A stretch of 64,000 nucleotides of DNA from the NCBI GenBank assembly GCA_040285745.1, contig JAUFOR010000008.1, positions 124,001 to 188,000 on the forward strand, read 5' to 3'. The notes under the pieces are model-generated. The model worked only from the letters and a program-made list of their open reading frames with translations, had not been told where the DNA came from and did no database searches. Made by a program: the position numbers and the translations under genes. The DNA comes from Barthelona sp. PCE. Taxonomy: Eukaryota. Position 1 is the stretch's first letter. Each line of letters starts with the position of its first letter. Positions 51,314 through 60,793 of the stretch are shown here, in pieces.

Positions 51314-53131
51314 CTATGAAGGAAATAACGTGGTCTCTAAGGCACTGTGTAAAATATTTGTTTGCTCAAGGCATTCCAGTTGTGAAGCATAGTGCACCAA
51401 TTCTTCTTGCAACACAGTGTCTATTCCAATGAGACCGGTCTCTATAGACACAAGCTTCTCCTCAAATGCACCACGCTTACCCGGATCTGTAACATACGCC
51501 GACGCCTCCAAAGTATTCAGAAGAGTTGCACCAAGCTTCGTAAGACATACATTACGCTTATTGTCGCTCGTCACATATTTGCGTTCAAACAGCTTCTTGA
51601 TAATTCCGACCATGGATGCCTGCGTACCGATTCCAGCTTGCTCCATTGCGCACAGCCAATCGTACTCCTTGAATCCCACGACTTTCGCATTGGTCTTCCG
51701 GACAGATACGTTGGTGAGAACGACGTGCCCTATGGACCAGCCCTGGTCACTGTTTGTTTCTTTCCCGCTTTTAAATAATGTGTACCCAGGGCATATACCT
51801 GACTTGGTGTCTACAAAAAAGCGCTGGTAATCTGTTTCTAACGTGTACCTCTTACTTATGTAAGTTTCGTTGTGCGATATTGATGCAAAAAAATTTTTCA
51901 CAATAATTAAGAATGCTTGTTGGCAATCATTATTCAATTTTTTAAAACGCCGCTCAGCAAATATAAGAGGATGGATTGGTTCATGTACACCATCGTATAC
52001 CCCCCGCCGTGGCACAAAGAGCATATCTTCATCACTTATATGGCTGAACTTACCAAAAAGCAGTGGGGATTTAGTCAATGAATGAACAATGCTCTTGAAA
52101 TACTCCACTCCTAACGCTTCACTGTACGCTGTGCTCTCCGTACGCACATAGCTGATAAGCCCACTTTCGTACAACTGTTGCAAAAGGACCATCGTTTTTG
52201 ACGCTGAAAGTCTGAGCTCCTTCGCCACCATTATTAGTGTACCGCTTGTCTTGGGAGGTAACGGGCGCTCTTTTGTCTTCAAGACGCCAGAAGTCATATC
52301 CACAACACATAAATGTCCTGTGTCTACATCTTTCTGGGTTAGATCCGCCAACCCAGAAGCAAGTCTGTGATTAGCAGTGGCCTCATTATCCCAAACCCCG
52401 TTGATCTCGGGTAATGCGAGCTTGTACGTTCCAACATGCCTTGATATGCCATCATAAAAATTGGAAACCAGTTTGAGTGCTGGAATCTGACATGGACCAA
52501 CCGAAACTGTAATTTTCTGTGCCCGAAAAGGTCTACTTGCATACCTAGAGAGAGCACAACCTCCTATGAAGTCCGCATACTTGCGACACAGTGCAGCATC
52601 TACCCATGTCTGAATAACAGGTCGTTGTTGGGTTAGCGCACTTGTGATACCCTCAGATGTCAAGCAAGAAATTGGTATACGGCGCACCGCTACCGTTTTG
52701 TTTTCGGCATGGACAAAGTTCTCTATGAGATGTGCAAGGAGTTCGCCCTCCCTATCGAGGTCTGTCCAAATAAAAACTCCGGTAGTCTTAGCTTGCGATA
52801 TCAGTCGCTTCAGCTGGCTCACAATGGATTTCATCTTGTCTTTCACCATAAACTCAACTTGAGATGTTCCGCCAGCAATCATTTCAGAAGGGCTGCAAAT
52901 TCTTGCATTTTTCTTGAATTCCAAACGCCATGGATTCCCAGATACGCTTGTTACCTTGAATCGCACAAAAGATGCCCCAAGCTTAAACTGTGTTATTGAG
53001 AAAACGGGATTTTTCTTTAGCCCTGTCGAAAGTTTTCGCAATTCTGATCCCTGTGACTGTTCAGAAAGCGTTTTGGCAATCAGTCGTGCCATGGAAGGCT
53101 TTTCAGTGATGTTAACAATACATCTACTCAT
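51314..53131 (-). CDS. TOP3: type IA DNA topoisomerase (Top3-like, divergent)
   Basis: EKPS, WTDLDREGE (TOPRIM), SVGPCQ-P-L, LYESGLISYVRTES (catalytic Tyr), HEPIHP and GIGT-AS. Confidence 0.9.
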   Translation of the reverse strand: MSRCIVNITEKPSMARLIAKTLSEQSQGSELRKLSTGLKKNPVFSITQFKLGASFVRFKVTSVSGNPWRLEFKKNARICSPSEMIAGGTSQVEFMVKDKMKSIVSQLKRLISQAKTTGVFIWTDLDREGELLAHLIENFVHAENKTVAVRRIPISCLTSEGITSALTQQRPVIQTWVDAALCRKYADFIGGCALSRYASRPFRAQKITVSVGPCQIPALKLVSNFYDGISRHVGTYKLALPEINGVWDNEATANHRLASGLADLTQKDVDTGHLCVVDMTSGVLKTKERPLPPKTSGTLIMVAKELRLSASKTMVLLQQLYESGLISYVRTESTAYSEALGVEYFKSIVHSLTKSPLLFGKFSHISDEDMLFVPRRGVYDGVHEPIHPLIFAERRFKKLNNDCQQAFLIIVKNFFASISHNETYISKRYTLETDYQRFFVDTKSGICPGYTLFKSGKETNSDQGWSIGHVVLTNVSVRKTNAKVVGFKEYDWLCAMEQAGIGTQASMVGIIKKLFERKYVTSDNKRNVCLTKLGATLLNTLEASAYVTDPGKRGAFEEKLVSIETGLIGIDTVLQEELVHYASQLECLEQTNILHSALETTLFPS

Positions 53132-53163
53132 GAAAAGAGTGAATCTGATGACTACACATTTTA

Positions 53164-54642
53164 CTAACATTGATCTTCTTGATCTGAATCTGAATCTGAG
53201 TGCAATATCACTGCACTTGAAGTGGGTATAATTGCTTTCTTTGCAGGAAGGGGTGTGTCTACGGGAATAATTTTCTTAAACTGCAGTGATCCCCTTGTAC
53301 CTTCATAAAATATTATCACAAGAAAATATGTAATAATAAACGTCCCTGCCATCAAACCAAAAACTATCTTATAACGAGTGTGCAAATCATATTCAAGACC
53401 CATAATAGAACCTGTAATCATCTGTAGTACGGCAGCACCACCGTATCCTATGGTGGAAATGCAACCAATGGAAGTGCCCTTTGCTGTTGCTAACAACGCG
53501 ACATCGGCGTATACTGGCACTATAATACCACCAGTGATAAAACCTTCGATGAATAACACAGCTGCAAACAGTATGGTGGCTTCAAACAAAAACATTCTCA
53601 TGATCAAAAAAATCGCTCCCAACAGATGCATCCACGCAAGGATCGAACGCGATGAGAAGTACTTGTTGATATAACCAACTATCTGGCCTGAATAGAACGT
53701 AGACGTACAATACATGCTTGAAAGAATAGTGAGTGTTGTCTTTCTGTAACCAACTTCTGAGAGCTGTCTGTTGATCAAGAGTCCGGCTACCGTCGACCAA
53801 CAGGCGTATGTACTAAATGCCATCACCGCTAATAGCGTTCCATTTCTGGTTTTGAAAAATTCCTTAGTTTTTATAAAAACCATACGCACACTCAAATCTT
53901 CGTCATCGTCGCTGAAAATTTCTTCATCGGATATTTCCTCCGTTGGGGTTTCGGTTGGGGGTGGGGAGAGGTTAGGTTCAAAGGAAAAAGCTAGAAAGTA
54001 AAAGTATGCCACAATTTGAAGAATAAATACAAAAAATAGCGCATCAACAAACGTGTATGTCAGTTGGGGAAGTATTGAGGTCGTGAAAAGAATGCCAATT
54101 GAAGAAAAACCAATGAAAATACTCGTCAACAGTGGTATCGAGCTGGGCTCAAAAATCATTGCAATTGAACGAGATGCTGCAACGAATACACACCCAGACC
54201 CCAGTCCTGTCAATGATCTACCGATGCATAACAATAGAAAGGAGTCGGATATACGCATTAAGAATGTGCCTATAATAAGTGAAACATACAAGATCGAAAC
54301 TGACCGTTTGCTACCGAATCGATCAGCTAAAAGACCAACTGGAACCTGTAGTAAACCGTAGACCAAGAAAAATAGTGAGGTGAAAAATGAATAATTGGCG
54401 TCAGTCAAGGATATGTGCACTGTAAATGTAACCGGAAGGACTAGATTCATCTGGCCGATTCCATATAATAATGCATAGCTGATGAACTGATGCAGCTTCT
54501 TGGAGCGATGCACGACGTTAGCAAGGGTATTTAAAGGCTTTCTTGCTGTAGGTCGTCTTGGCGTAAATACAGAAGTATCTACAAGAACGTTTGTCCCAAA
54601 ATCATCGATTCCAGCAAAAGTCTGTGAATCTTTGTGCGTCAT
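53164..54642 (-). CDS. major facilitator superfamily transporter
   Basis: About 12 TM segments; motif A GLLADRFGSK and GR-L-GLG. Confidence 0.92.
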   Translation of the reverse strand: MTHKDSQTFAGIDDFGTNVLVDTSVFTPRRPTARKPLNTLANVVHRSKKLHQFISYALLYGIGQMNLVLPVTFTVHISLTDANYSFFTSLFFLVYGLLQVPVGLLADRFGSKRSVSILYVSLIIGTFLMRISDSFLLLCIGRSLTGLGSGCVFVAASRSIAMIFEPSSIPLLTSIFIGFSSIGILFTTSILPQLTYTFVDALFFVFILQIVAYFYFLAFSFEPNLSPPPTETPTEEISDEEIFSDDDEDLSVRMVFIKTKEFFKTRNGTLLAVMAFSTYACWSTVAGLLINRQLSEVGYRKTTLTILSSMYCTSTFYSGQIVGYINKYFSSRSILAWMHLLGAIFLIMRMFLFEATILFAAVLFIEGFITGGIIVPVYADVALLATAKGTSIGCISTIGYGGAAVLQMITGSIMGLEYDLHTRYKIVFGLMAGTFIITYFLVIIFYEGTRGSLQFKKIIPVDTPLPAKKAIIPTSSAVILHSDSDSDQEDQC

Positions 54643-54825
54643 GAAAGATCAATTTTTTGATAAAGACAACTTCCAAAAAAAGAGGAAAAAGTGAGATGAA
54701 ACATAACATCTTACCCACAATAAATCAGGTCTCTTTGGATTGTTTGGGTCTGAATACACCCTGACCACACTTACTAATGGTACGTTATTCTTGACTAACT
54801 TTTTTATCATCCTTTTCACTAGCAA

Positions 54826-55380
54826 ATGAATATTAAGGACTACAACCGCTTTATCTTTGACATTAACGTAGTTTATGGGTCTGATGGTCCAGAATATAAG
54901 GCCATTGAATTTTTAAGAAATATTAAAGAGATTGAAGATGCTAAAGTGCTATTCGTAACAGATAACTCCACGGTTCCCGAAAGCCATTATGTAGATATGT
55001 TCAAAACAAATGGAATTGATTGGATTTTGCCAGAACATATTATTTCTTATCATAAACTAACTGATTTAGTTACTAACAACACACAAAACACGACATCCCA
55101 TCTTGTAACACCAATTGATGAGACAGAAGAGCATATCAGTATCATACACAGCTACCTGCCTCTTGCCAACAATAGCAAATGTATTTTCTTTTGCATGCTG
55201 CTTGACCATGTTCGGTTTGCGAGGTCATTCGGCATTGACTCGTGCGTAGTTGCGTCGTCAGATCTTATTGAGCAGATGTCAGAAGAGGAAATCACACCAA
55301 CCTTTGCAGAAGACAGCATTTTTTCAATTTTATCACGCATGGCTTTTGAAAATCACCGAGAGTACTGTAGAAGGAAGTAG
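54826..55380 (+). CDS. degenerate HAD-IIA paralog (cap-less, catalytic motifs altered)
   Basis: Collinear with the N- and C-termini of the adjacent phosphatase (MNIKDYNRFIFD vs MDIDNYNTFIFD; LFVTDNST vs LFVTNNST; FARSFGIDSC vs FANTFGMDSC). Confidence 0.8.
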   Translation: MNIKDYNRFIFDINVVYGSDGPEYKAIEFLRNIKEIEDAKVLFVTDNSTVPESHYVDMFKTNGIDWILPEHIISYHKLTDLVTNNTQNTTSHLVTPIDETEEHISIIHSYLPLANNSKCIFFCMLLDHVRFARSFGIDSCVVASSDLIEQMSEEEITPTFAEDSIFSILSRMAFENHREYCRRK

Positions 55381-55460
55381 TTCTGTGTGTATTCTATAAG
55401 TAATATGCTGATAGATGCTGTGTAATAAATAATTTGTTTTACCTTCTCCAACCTTTTACA

Positions 55461-56279
55461 ATGGATATTGATAATTACAATACGTTTATCTTTGACTGTG
55501 ACGGCGTTCTGTGGCTACTCGGCGAGCCACTTAAGGGGGCTGTAGAGTTTTTAAATTACCTGCATGATGAAAATCAAAAAATTTTGTTTGTAACCAATAA
55601 CTCAACGCTTAGTGACGTTGAATACACAAAAAAGTTCAAACGCATTGGTATTGAGTGGGTTGAAAGAGAACAAATACTGACTTCTGCCAAGATTAATGCT
55701 TTTGTCATCAGTAAGCACTATAAAGAGGGAAAGGTGCTTGTTCTTGGAGAACAGGGAATACATGATGAGATCGGTGCCCATGGTATACCCACTATATCTG
55801 CCCATGTGTCGAGCATGGAAGAAGTCAACGATGTACTGTCTAACAACCACATTACTTACGTTGTTGTAGGACTTGACAGGCATGCCAGCTACTATGCATA
55901 CGCCGTTGCAGGACTTGCTGTAGCCAATGGAGCAAAGTTTTTGGCGACAAACACCGACGCTCAGCTACCTTCAAAATATGGAGGTTTACCAGGTGCTGGT
56001 CACAACGTGGTGGCGGTCGAAACCGTGTCCAACACAAAAGCCATCGTCACCGGTAAACCGACTAAGTTCATGTATGATTACCTAAAGACCTTCTTGAATG
56101 AGGGCGATTCTTGCATCTTCTTTGGTGATCGTCTTGAAACTGACATTTTATTCGCAAATACCTTCGGTATGGACTCGTGCCTAGTGTTATCGGGCGTCAC
56201 AACCCCAGAGATGCTGGATGGAAACAGTGTGCAACCCACATATGTCAAAGATGGGCTTTTTTCCGTATTACCTCGTTAG
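55461..56279 (+). CDS. HAD-IIA phosphatase (phosphoglycolate/4-nitrophenyl phosphatase family)
   Basis: FDCDGVLW, VTNNS, ATN-D, PGAG, GKP, GDRLETDI and LVLSGV motifs. Confidence 0.95.
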   Translation: MDIDNYNTFIFDCDGVLWLLGEPLKGAVEFLNYLHDENQKILFVTNNSTLSDVEYTKKFKRIGIEWVEREQILTSAKINAFVISKHYKEGKVLVLGEQGIHDEIGAHGIPTISAHVSSMEEVNDVLSNNHITYVVVGLDRHASYYAYAVAGLAVANGAKFLATNTDAQLPSKYGGLPGAGHNVVAVETVSNTKAIVTGKPTKFMYDYLKTFLNEGDSCIFFGDRLETDILFANTFGMDSCLVLSGVTTPEMLDGNSVQPTYVKDGLFSVLPR

Positions 56280-56332
56280 TGCAAACAAAAAGTTTAGTGA
56301 GTTATAATGAATGGAGCAACGGACATGAAAAT

Positions 56333-58237
56333 TTAGTATAGAAATGAATCATAAGAAGTAAAAATCGAAACATTACATTCAGATACATAAGAACCTAAGT
56401 CAATTCTACTATGCTGCTCTTCAAATGCAGTGTGCGTTGTATTGAATGTGAGGATACTCATCTGAACATAAAAGCCGTTCCATTCAGCCGATGAATAAGA
56501 TACAAGCACGCGTGATCCTGGTGATACAATCTTCAAAGTTTCGTTGCACCCAGGTTCTTTAAACTGCTTTGGAGTGTCCAATACTACAACTAAGCCCTGC
56601 GTATCATGCGAAAAAACCTTATCGTTATAGAAGAAAGCAGCTTCCCCGATGAAAATAGGATATGCCCCTTCAGCAAACTCCACAGTGTTGTACACGTCCA
56701 CATGATCTCTGTCGGCACCATACCTAACGTACACGCATTTTCTATTGCCCCAACTACCGTAAGTAACAAAAACTTCAGAACCGCAGTATGGATTCGACCT
56801 TATGCTTAATATCTCCCTTTCAAACTTGTGATATCGTGAATTAACCACGTTTCCATCATCGTCAAGCTCATGTGCAATCAATTCCTTCTTCATGAACATC
56901 CACACACTGTTATGAACAAGCTCAACGTGATCATTACGTGCTGTCTCTCCTATACCGACACCATTAACAGACATCTCAGTGCTTGTGCCCATGCTGTGCG
57001 AACTGATAACGTGCCGGTTGTTGAATAGCGGGAACATCAAATGCCCTTTGCGTTTGCTATACATCCTCACACCATCAACGTAGAAATGATAACTTCCATT
57101 ATGCTCAGTGATACAACATAACCTCCAGCGTTGAATTCCATCATCAAAAAAGGAGTACGAATCAATCAATATATGGTCAACAAAAGCAGCAGATGGTTGA
57201 AAAAATAAAATACCATTGTTGTAAAAATCCCACACAACTTGATACGTACCAACTAACTGCTGAAGGACCTGCAACTCGCACTGGAAATAATCTAAGGTGT
57301 TCTGCAATGCAACCACTCCCTGCTGCTCAGCATACCATATAGGTCTAAACCTTGTACACATACTCTCTGTGTCTAGAGAGCTACTGTATTCCGCACAATT
57401 AACACTCACTATGTTGATTAGCGATGAACAAACGGTGTCATCCAGAATAGTATCATACGGAATAACTGAATCACTTAACCACATATAATCGATGAAATCA
57501 CCATACTCATCTCTAGGTAGCTCAAAGTCAACTAAAACCTCTTCAATGGTACCGCTATAATCAATGTTGTACGTGGCGTACCCTCCTTCTGCTCTGAAGA
57601 CGAACTTATGACCACCAGGCGTTCGATCTGTGATGACATAAGTATACTGCGAAATGGCATGGTCTTCGATCATAACCGGTGTGTTCCCGTCTTCTTCGAA
57701 CGTGAGCATGCCACAGATGGAGTTCTTTGACTCATTAATGAGAAAAGCAACATTATCCTGAACAAAAAAATAACACTCGTTACCTTTCCCAAATTCTCCT
57801 TGGCATTTAAACTCAAAAATTTCACCGTTCTCAAGATTAAGCATCTCAAACCAAAAGCAACCCTTGCCTTGTGCCCAGAACTTTTCATTAAGCAAAAATC
57901 CATCTTTGTTAAATTGAAATTGCATTTCAGGGTATTTCCGCATAATAAACTCCCCGCACACCAGCTCAAACACTTCAAGCACCTGCTGGTTGCCATTTTT
58001 AAAACAACGAAAGAATATTGTGGGATCCAAAAAGGATTGACTCAACATCAGGTCGTTTGAAAGCATATATGTCTCACATTGTGGTGGATTACTAACTATT
58101 TCACCCTCTTTGTGCTGTCCAAGAAGTTTAAAGTCATTCTGAATCAATACATCACTTGATGAAGTAAGAACTAACCATTCATTGATTCTTTCTGCTGCCA
58201 GAGCCCCTCCGCCCAGTGTTTCCCCTGCTTTCAACAT
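56333..58237 (-). CDS. hypothetical beta-rich (propeller-like) protein
   Basis: Likely start is MLKAGE at 58237, preceded by TTTCAC. The ORF-track extension to 58744 overlaps the next gene in another frame. Confidence 0.7.
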   Translation of the reverse strand: MLKAGETLGGGALAAERINEWLVLTSSSDVLIQNDFKLLGQHKEGEIVSNPPQCETYMLSNDLMLSQSFLDPTIFFRCFKNGNQQVLEVFELVCGEFIMRKYPEMQFQFNKDGFLLNEKFWAQGKGCFWFEMLNLENGEIFEFKCQGEFGKGNECYFFVQDNVAFLINESKNSICGMLTFEEDGNTPVMIEDHAISQYTYVITDRTPGGHKFVFRAEGGYATYNIDYSGTIEEVLVDFELPRDEYGDFIDYMWLSDSVIPYDTILDDTVCSSLINIVSVNCAEYSSSLDTESMCTRFRPIWYAEQQGVVALQNTLDYFQCELQVLQQLVGTYQVVWDFYNNGILFFQPSAAFVDHILIDSYSFFDDGIQRWRLCCITEHNGSYHFYVDGVRMYSKRKGHLMFPLFNNRHVISSHSMGTSTEMSVNGVGIGETARNDHVELVHNSVWMFMKKELIAHELDDDGNVVNSRYHKFEREILSIRSNPYCGSEVFVTYGSWGNRKCVYVRYGADRDHVDVYNTVEFAEGAYPIFIGEAAFFYNDKVFSHDTQGLVVVLDTPKQFKEPGCNETLKIVSPGSRVLVSYSSAEWNGFYVQMSILTFNTTHTAFEEQHSRIDLGSYVSECNVSIFTSYDSFLY

Positions 58238-58412
58238 GATTAAAATGTGAAATGCAATAAACTGAAGTTGAAAAGAAAAGAAAAAACTAATACATCTAAC
58301 GTCACTGCAATGTGATTCATCAGACCTCAAACGTGCCACTGGACATGTAGATCTTATAAAAAAGTAAATATAAGCCTCAGTCATACACACACACACTTTA
58401 TTGTGAATTGAA

Positions 58413-59729
58413 CTACCAATTAAACAAACCTTCTTCATCAGATACAGCCAGTGCATCTGACAAAGTCCTCTCGTCAACAGTACTCTTACTGTTTTCAGGT
58501 TCAAAAATGACCTCATTATCACTAACCACAAAGCTATCACCCAAAAATGCATTACTAGGTTCAACCTCTGAAAAAAGAGTAGCTTGACTAAGATTCTCAA
58601 CGTGCCCCCTCCTCCTCTCCTCTGGTTCAATCTTTGAAGCAAAATAGAAATGTCCCTCATTGTAATTTGAAGCAAAAACTCCAGTATTCGATTTTGAAGA
58701 CAATGATTGTGGAACAAAGTCATCATCATCATCATCATCATCAAAAAATTCAGGAATAGTTGATGAGGGTTTCAAAGCTGTCTTTTGTGAGGGTAAAACC
58801 TGACCGTACGAAATCTGAGAAATCGCTGATGGAACTGCCGGACTTGATGTTGGAACACCTGTAAAAACAAAGTTAGACGGTGGGGGAGGTATTGTAGACA
58901 TCATGGGGGTGTTCATAGACGGTGCTCTGTGCTTTCTTGTTGCTGAAATAGGCAGAGTTGGCATGGACGATAAAGGCATCGTCTTTGGCAATGCAGGTAG
59001 TTTTGTTGACATTGGTTGGCCCATTGTCTTCCTAACCTGCTGTTCTCTGCGCGAAACTGACCGCAGAGGGCGCAATCCAACGATTTCTACGTCTTCTGTA
59101 AGCGGTTCAAGTGGCACGTCCTCATTTGGATCAAAGGTATTGTTCTGTGGAGTTAAATCAATACCCAACATGCGTGGGACCTTATGAACCTCTCTCTCTT
59201 TACGCCTGTTACTGGAGCCTCTCTTCTTATTCGGAGCAGTACTGCTAGTATCGAACTTCAGCGTCGAAAGAATCGATCGATTTACGTCGCATGTGTAATC
59301 AATCACAGGTATTGCGAATGTGGGGGCATCTTGCACCTGATATTTTGGGATAAATCTTGAAAAAAACACACATTGGTATCTTTCAAAAGCCGGTATAATG
59401 CTGAAATGCGGACCATCCTTCCATATAGTTGGCTCCACGAACAAGACGGCGTTTGACTCCATACACAGGCCCGTTGATATCGCTAATTCAGAAGAAATGG
59501 AAGAAGTTAAAGTTTTTAGCGGAAAATGTGGATTTGGGTCAAAATTTATATGTAATATGAAGTCGTTTTTCGTTAGTTCTATGCCATTAATCGAACCAGC
59601 AAAGTAACGAACCTTCACAAGCGATGATATTGTATTAATAACGTCAATCAGTGTATTTTTAAAGTCAGATTCATTCAAAATGCCAGCATACTGTGGAAAC
59701 GCAGCTGTCAAATGCTCTTTATAGCTCAT
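58413..59729 (-). CDS. hypothetical protein with Pro/Ser-rich disordered C-terminal half
   Basis: 438-aa ORF with two copies of TTTTCAC upstream. Confidence 0.7.
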   Translation of the reverse strand: MSYKEHLTAAFPQYAGILNESDFKNTLIDVINTISSLVKVRYFAGSINGIELTKNDFILHINFDPNPHFPLKTLTSSISSELAISTGLCMESNAVLFVEPTIWKDGPHFSIIPAFERYQCVFFSRFIPKYQVQDAPTFAIPVIDYTCDVNRSILSTLKFDTSSTAPNKKRGSSNRRKEREVHKVPRMLGIDLTPQNNTFDPNEDVPLEPLTEDVEIVGLRPLRSVSRREQQVRKTMGQPMSTKLPALPKTMPLSSMPTLPISATRKHRAPSMNTPMMSTIPPPPSNFVFTGVPTSSPAVPSAISQISYGQVLPSQKTALKPSSTIPEFFDDDDDDDDFVPQSLSSKSNTGVFASNYNEGHFYFASKIEPEERRRGHVENLSQATLFSEVEPSNAFLGDSFVVSDNEVIFEPENSKSTVDERTLSDALAVSDEEGLFNW

Positions 59730-59889
59730 TTTCGAAAATTAAAAAATCGAAATGCTGTGAAAAGGTGTGAAAATATACTACGGTATGACAGGGTACCGTT
59801 ATTACACATGATAAGCCAATGAAGACTGGGAAATTCAACACTCATTTGTTATCGTTGTTCAATCCCATTTCACACAACTACTTGTACAA

Positions 59890-60599
59890 ATGCCCAGACA
59901 AAAGCTATTTCCTACTCTTTCACGAGATGAACCACGCGATCTTATTGTTCTGAGACCTCTGTTAGTATGATTATCCGCACATTTTTTTCCTAATGTCCAT
60001 TTAATGGAATTAGATTTTTGAAAATGCGGCCATTAGACCAAATTCACACTTAGATTGATGCTCTTGCTGAAAAACAAAAGGAACTCCAAGAAATTTTGGA
60101 TGAACTATGTCTTGTTAACAACAGTATCACACCTGGCTTCAAAACTGCACGAGGCAACCCCATCGAACAAGAACGTGAGGACATATCAGATATTATTGCC
60201 TACCTCTCAGAAGATATAGAATTGGAAGAAAAACAATTCCCACAACTCCTTCAAGAAGCTGTTGAACTTCTTGACAGTGGTAGAACCTCATCGGGCCTCA
60301 GAACTTGTATCAGACGTGATCCTGAATTGCTTGAATTTGCCAAGGAAGTTGGATTTATTAACGAGAAAACTGTTCCACTTGTCCCCCTTAAGGGTAGAGT
60401 TGTGGCTTCTCAAGAAGTTGAGTCAGAAGATGAGGAGAAGGATGAGGAGAAGAAGCCCAAAAAGAAGTCAAAGAAGCGCAAGAAGAGAGATGATGAAGAG
60501 GATGAGGATGAGCGTTTTGACGAAGTAGATGCACTTGATGAAATCAGGAAATCTAAGAAAAAGTCAAAAAAATCAAAAAAGAAGAAGGGTAAGAAGTGA
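59890..60599 (+). CDS. charged nuclear protein, possibly RNA polymerase III Rpc31-like; join(59890..59964,60054..60599)
   Basis: An ATG exon (MPRQKLFP...RPLL) joins in frame to IDALAEKQKEL... across an 89-nt intron. Acidic/lysine-rich tail. The Rpc31 resemblance is weak. Confidence 0.6.
59965..60053 (+). other. spliceosomal intron (89 nt)
   Basis: GTATGA donor (same as the AlaRS intron) and CTTAG acceptor; phase-0 removal supplies the missing ATG. Confidence 0.75.
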
Positions 60600-60793
60600 T
60601 AAATGTGTAAAAGCAAGAATTTTTTAAAGGTTTCGTTTTTTTTCTTCTACATTCAATAAATATTGAGCAGTTTTTGACTCTTTAATGCCTACTGTGCTCC
60701 ATATGTTGATCTTCTTTCAGTAGCAACTTTCTTCCAGCACTGTTTCACTTTTAATACCATTTCTTGCATTTATTTTAACACAATTCAACAACA

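Noticed and set aside
58238-58744. Poly-Met N-terminal extension of the 803-aa ORF
   Set aside because: It comes from reading the (GAT)n poly-Asp tract of the neighbouring gene in another frame. The real start is probably 58237.
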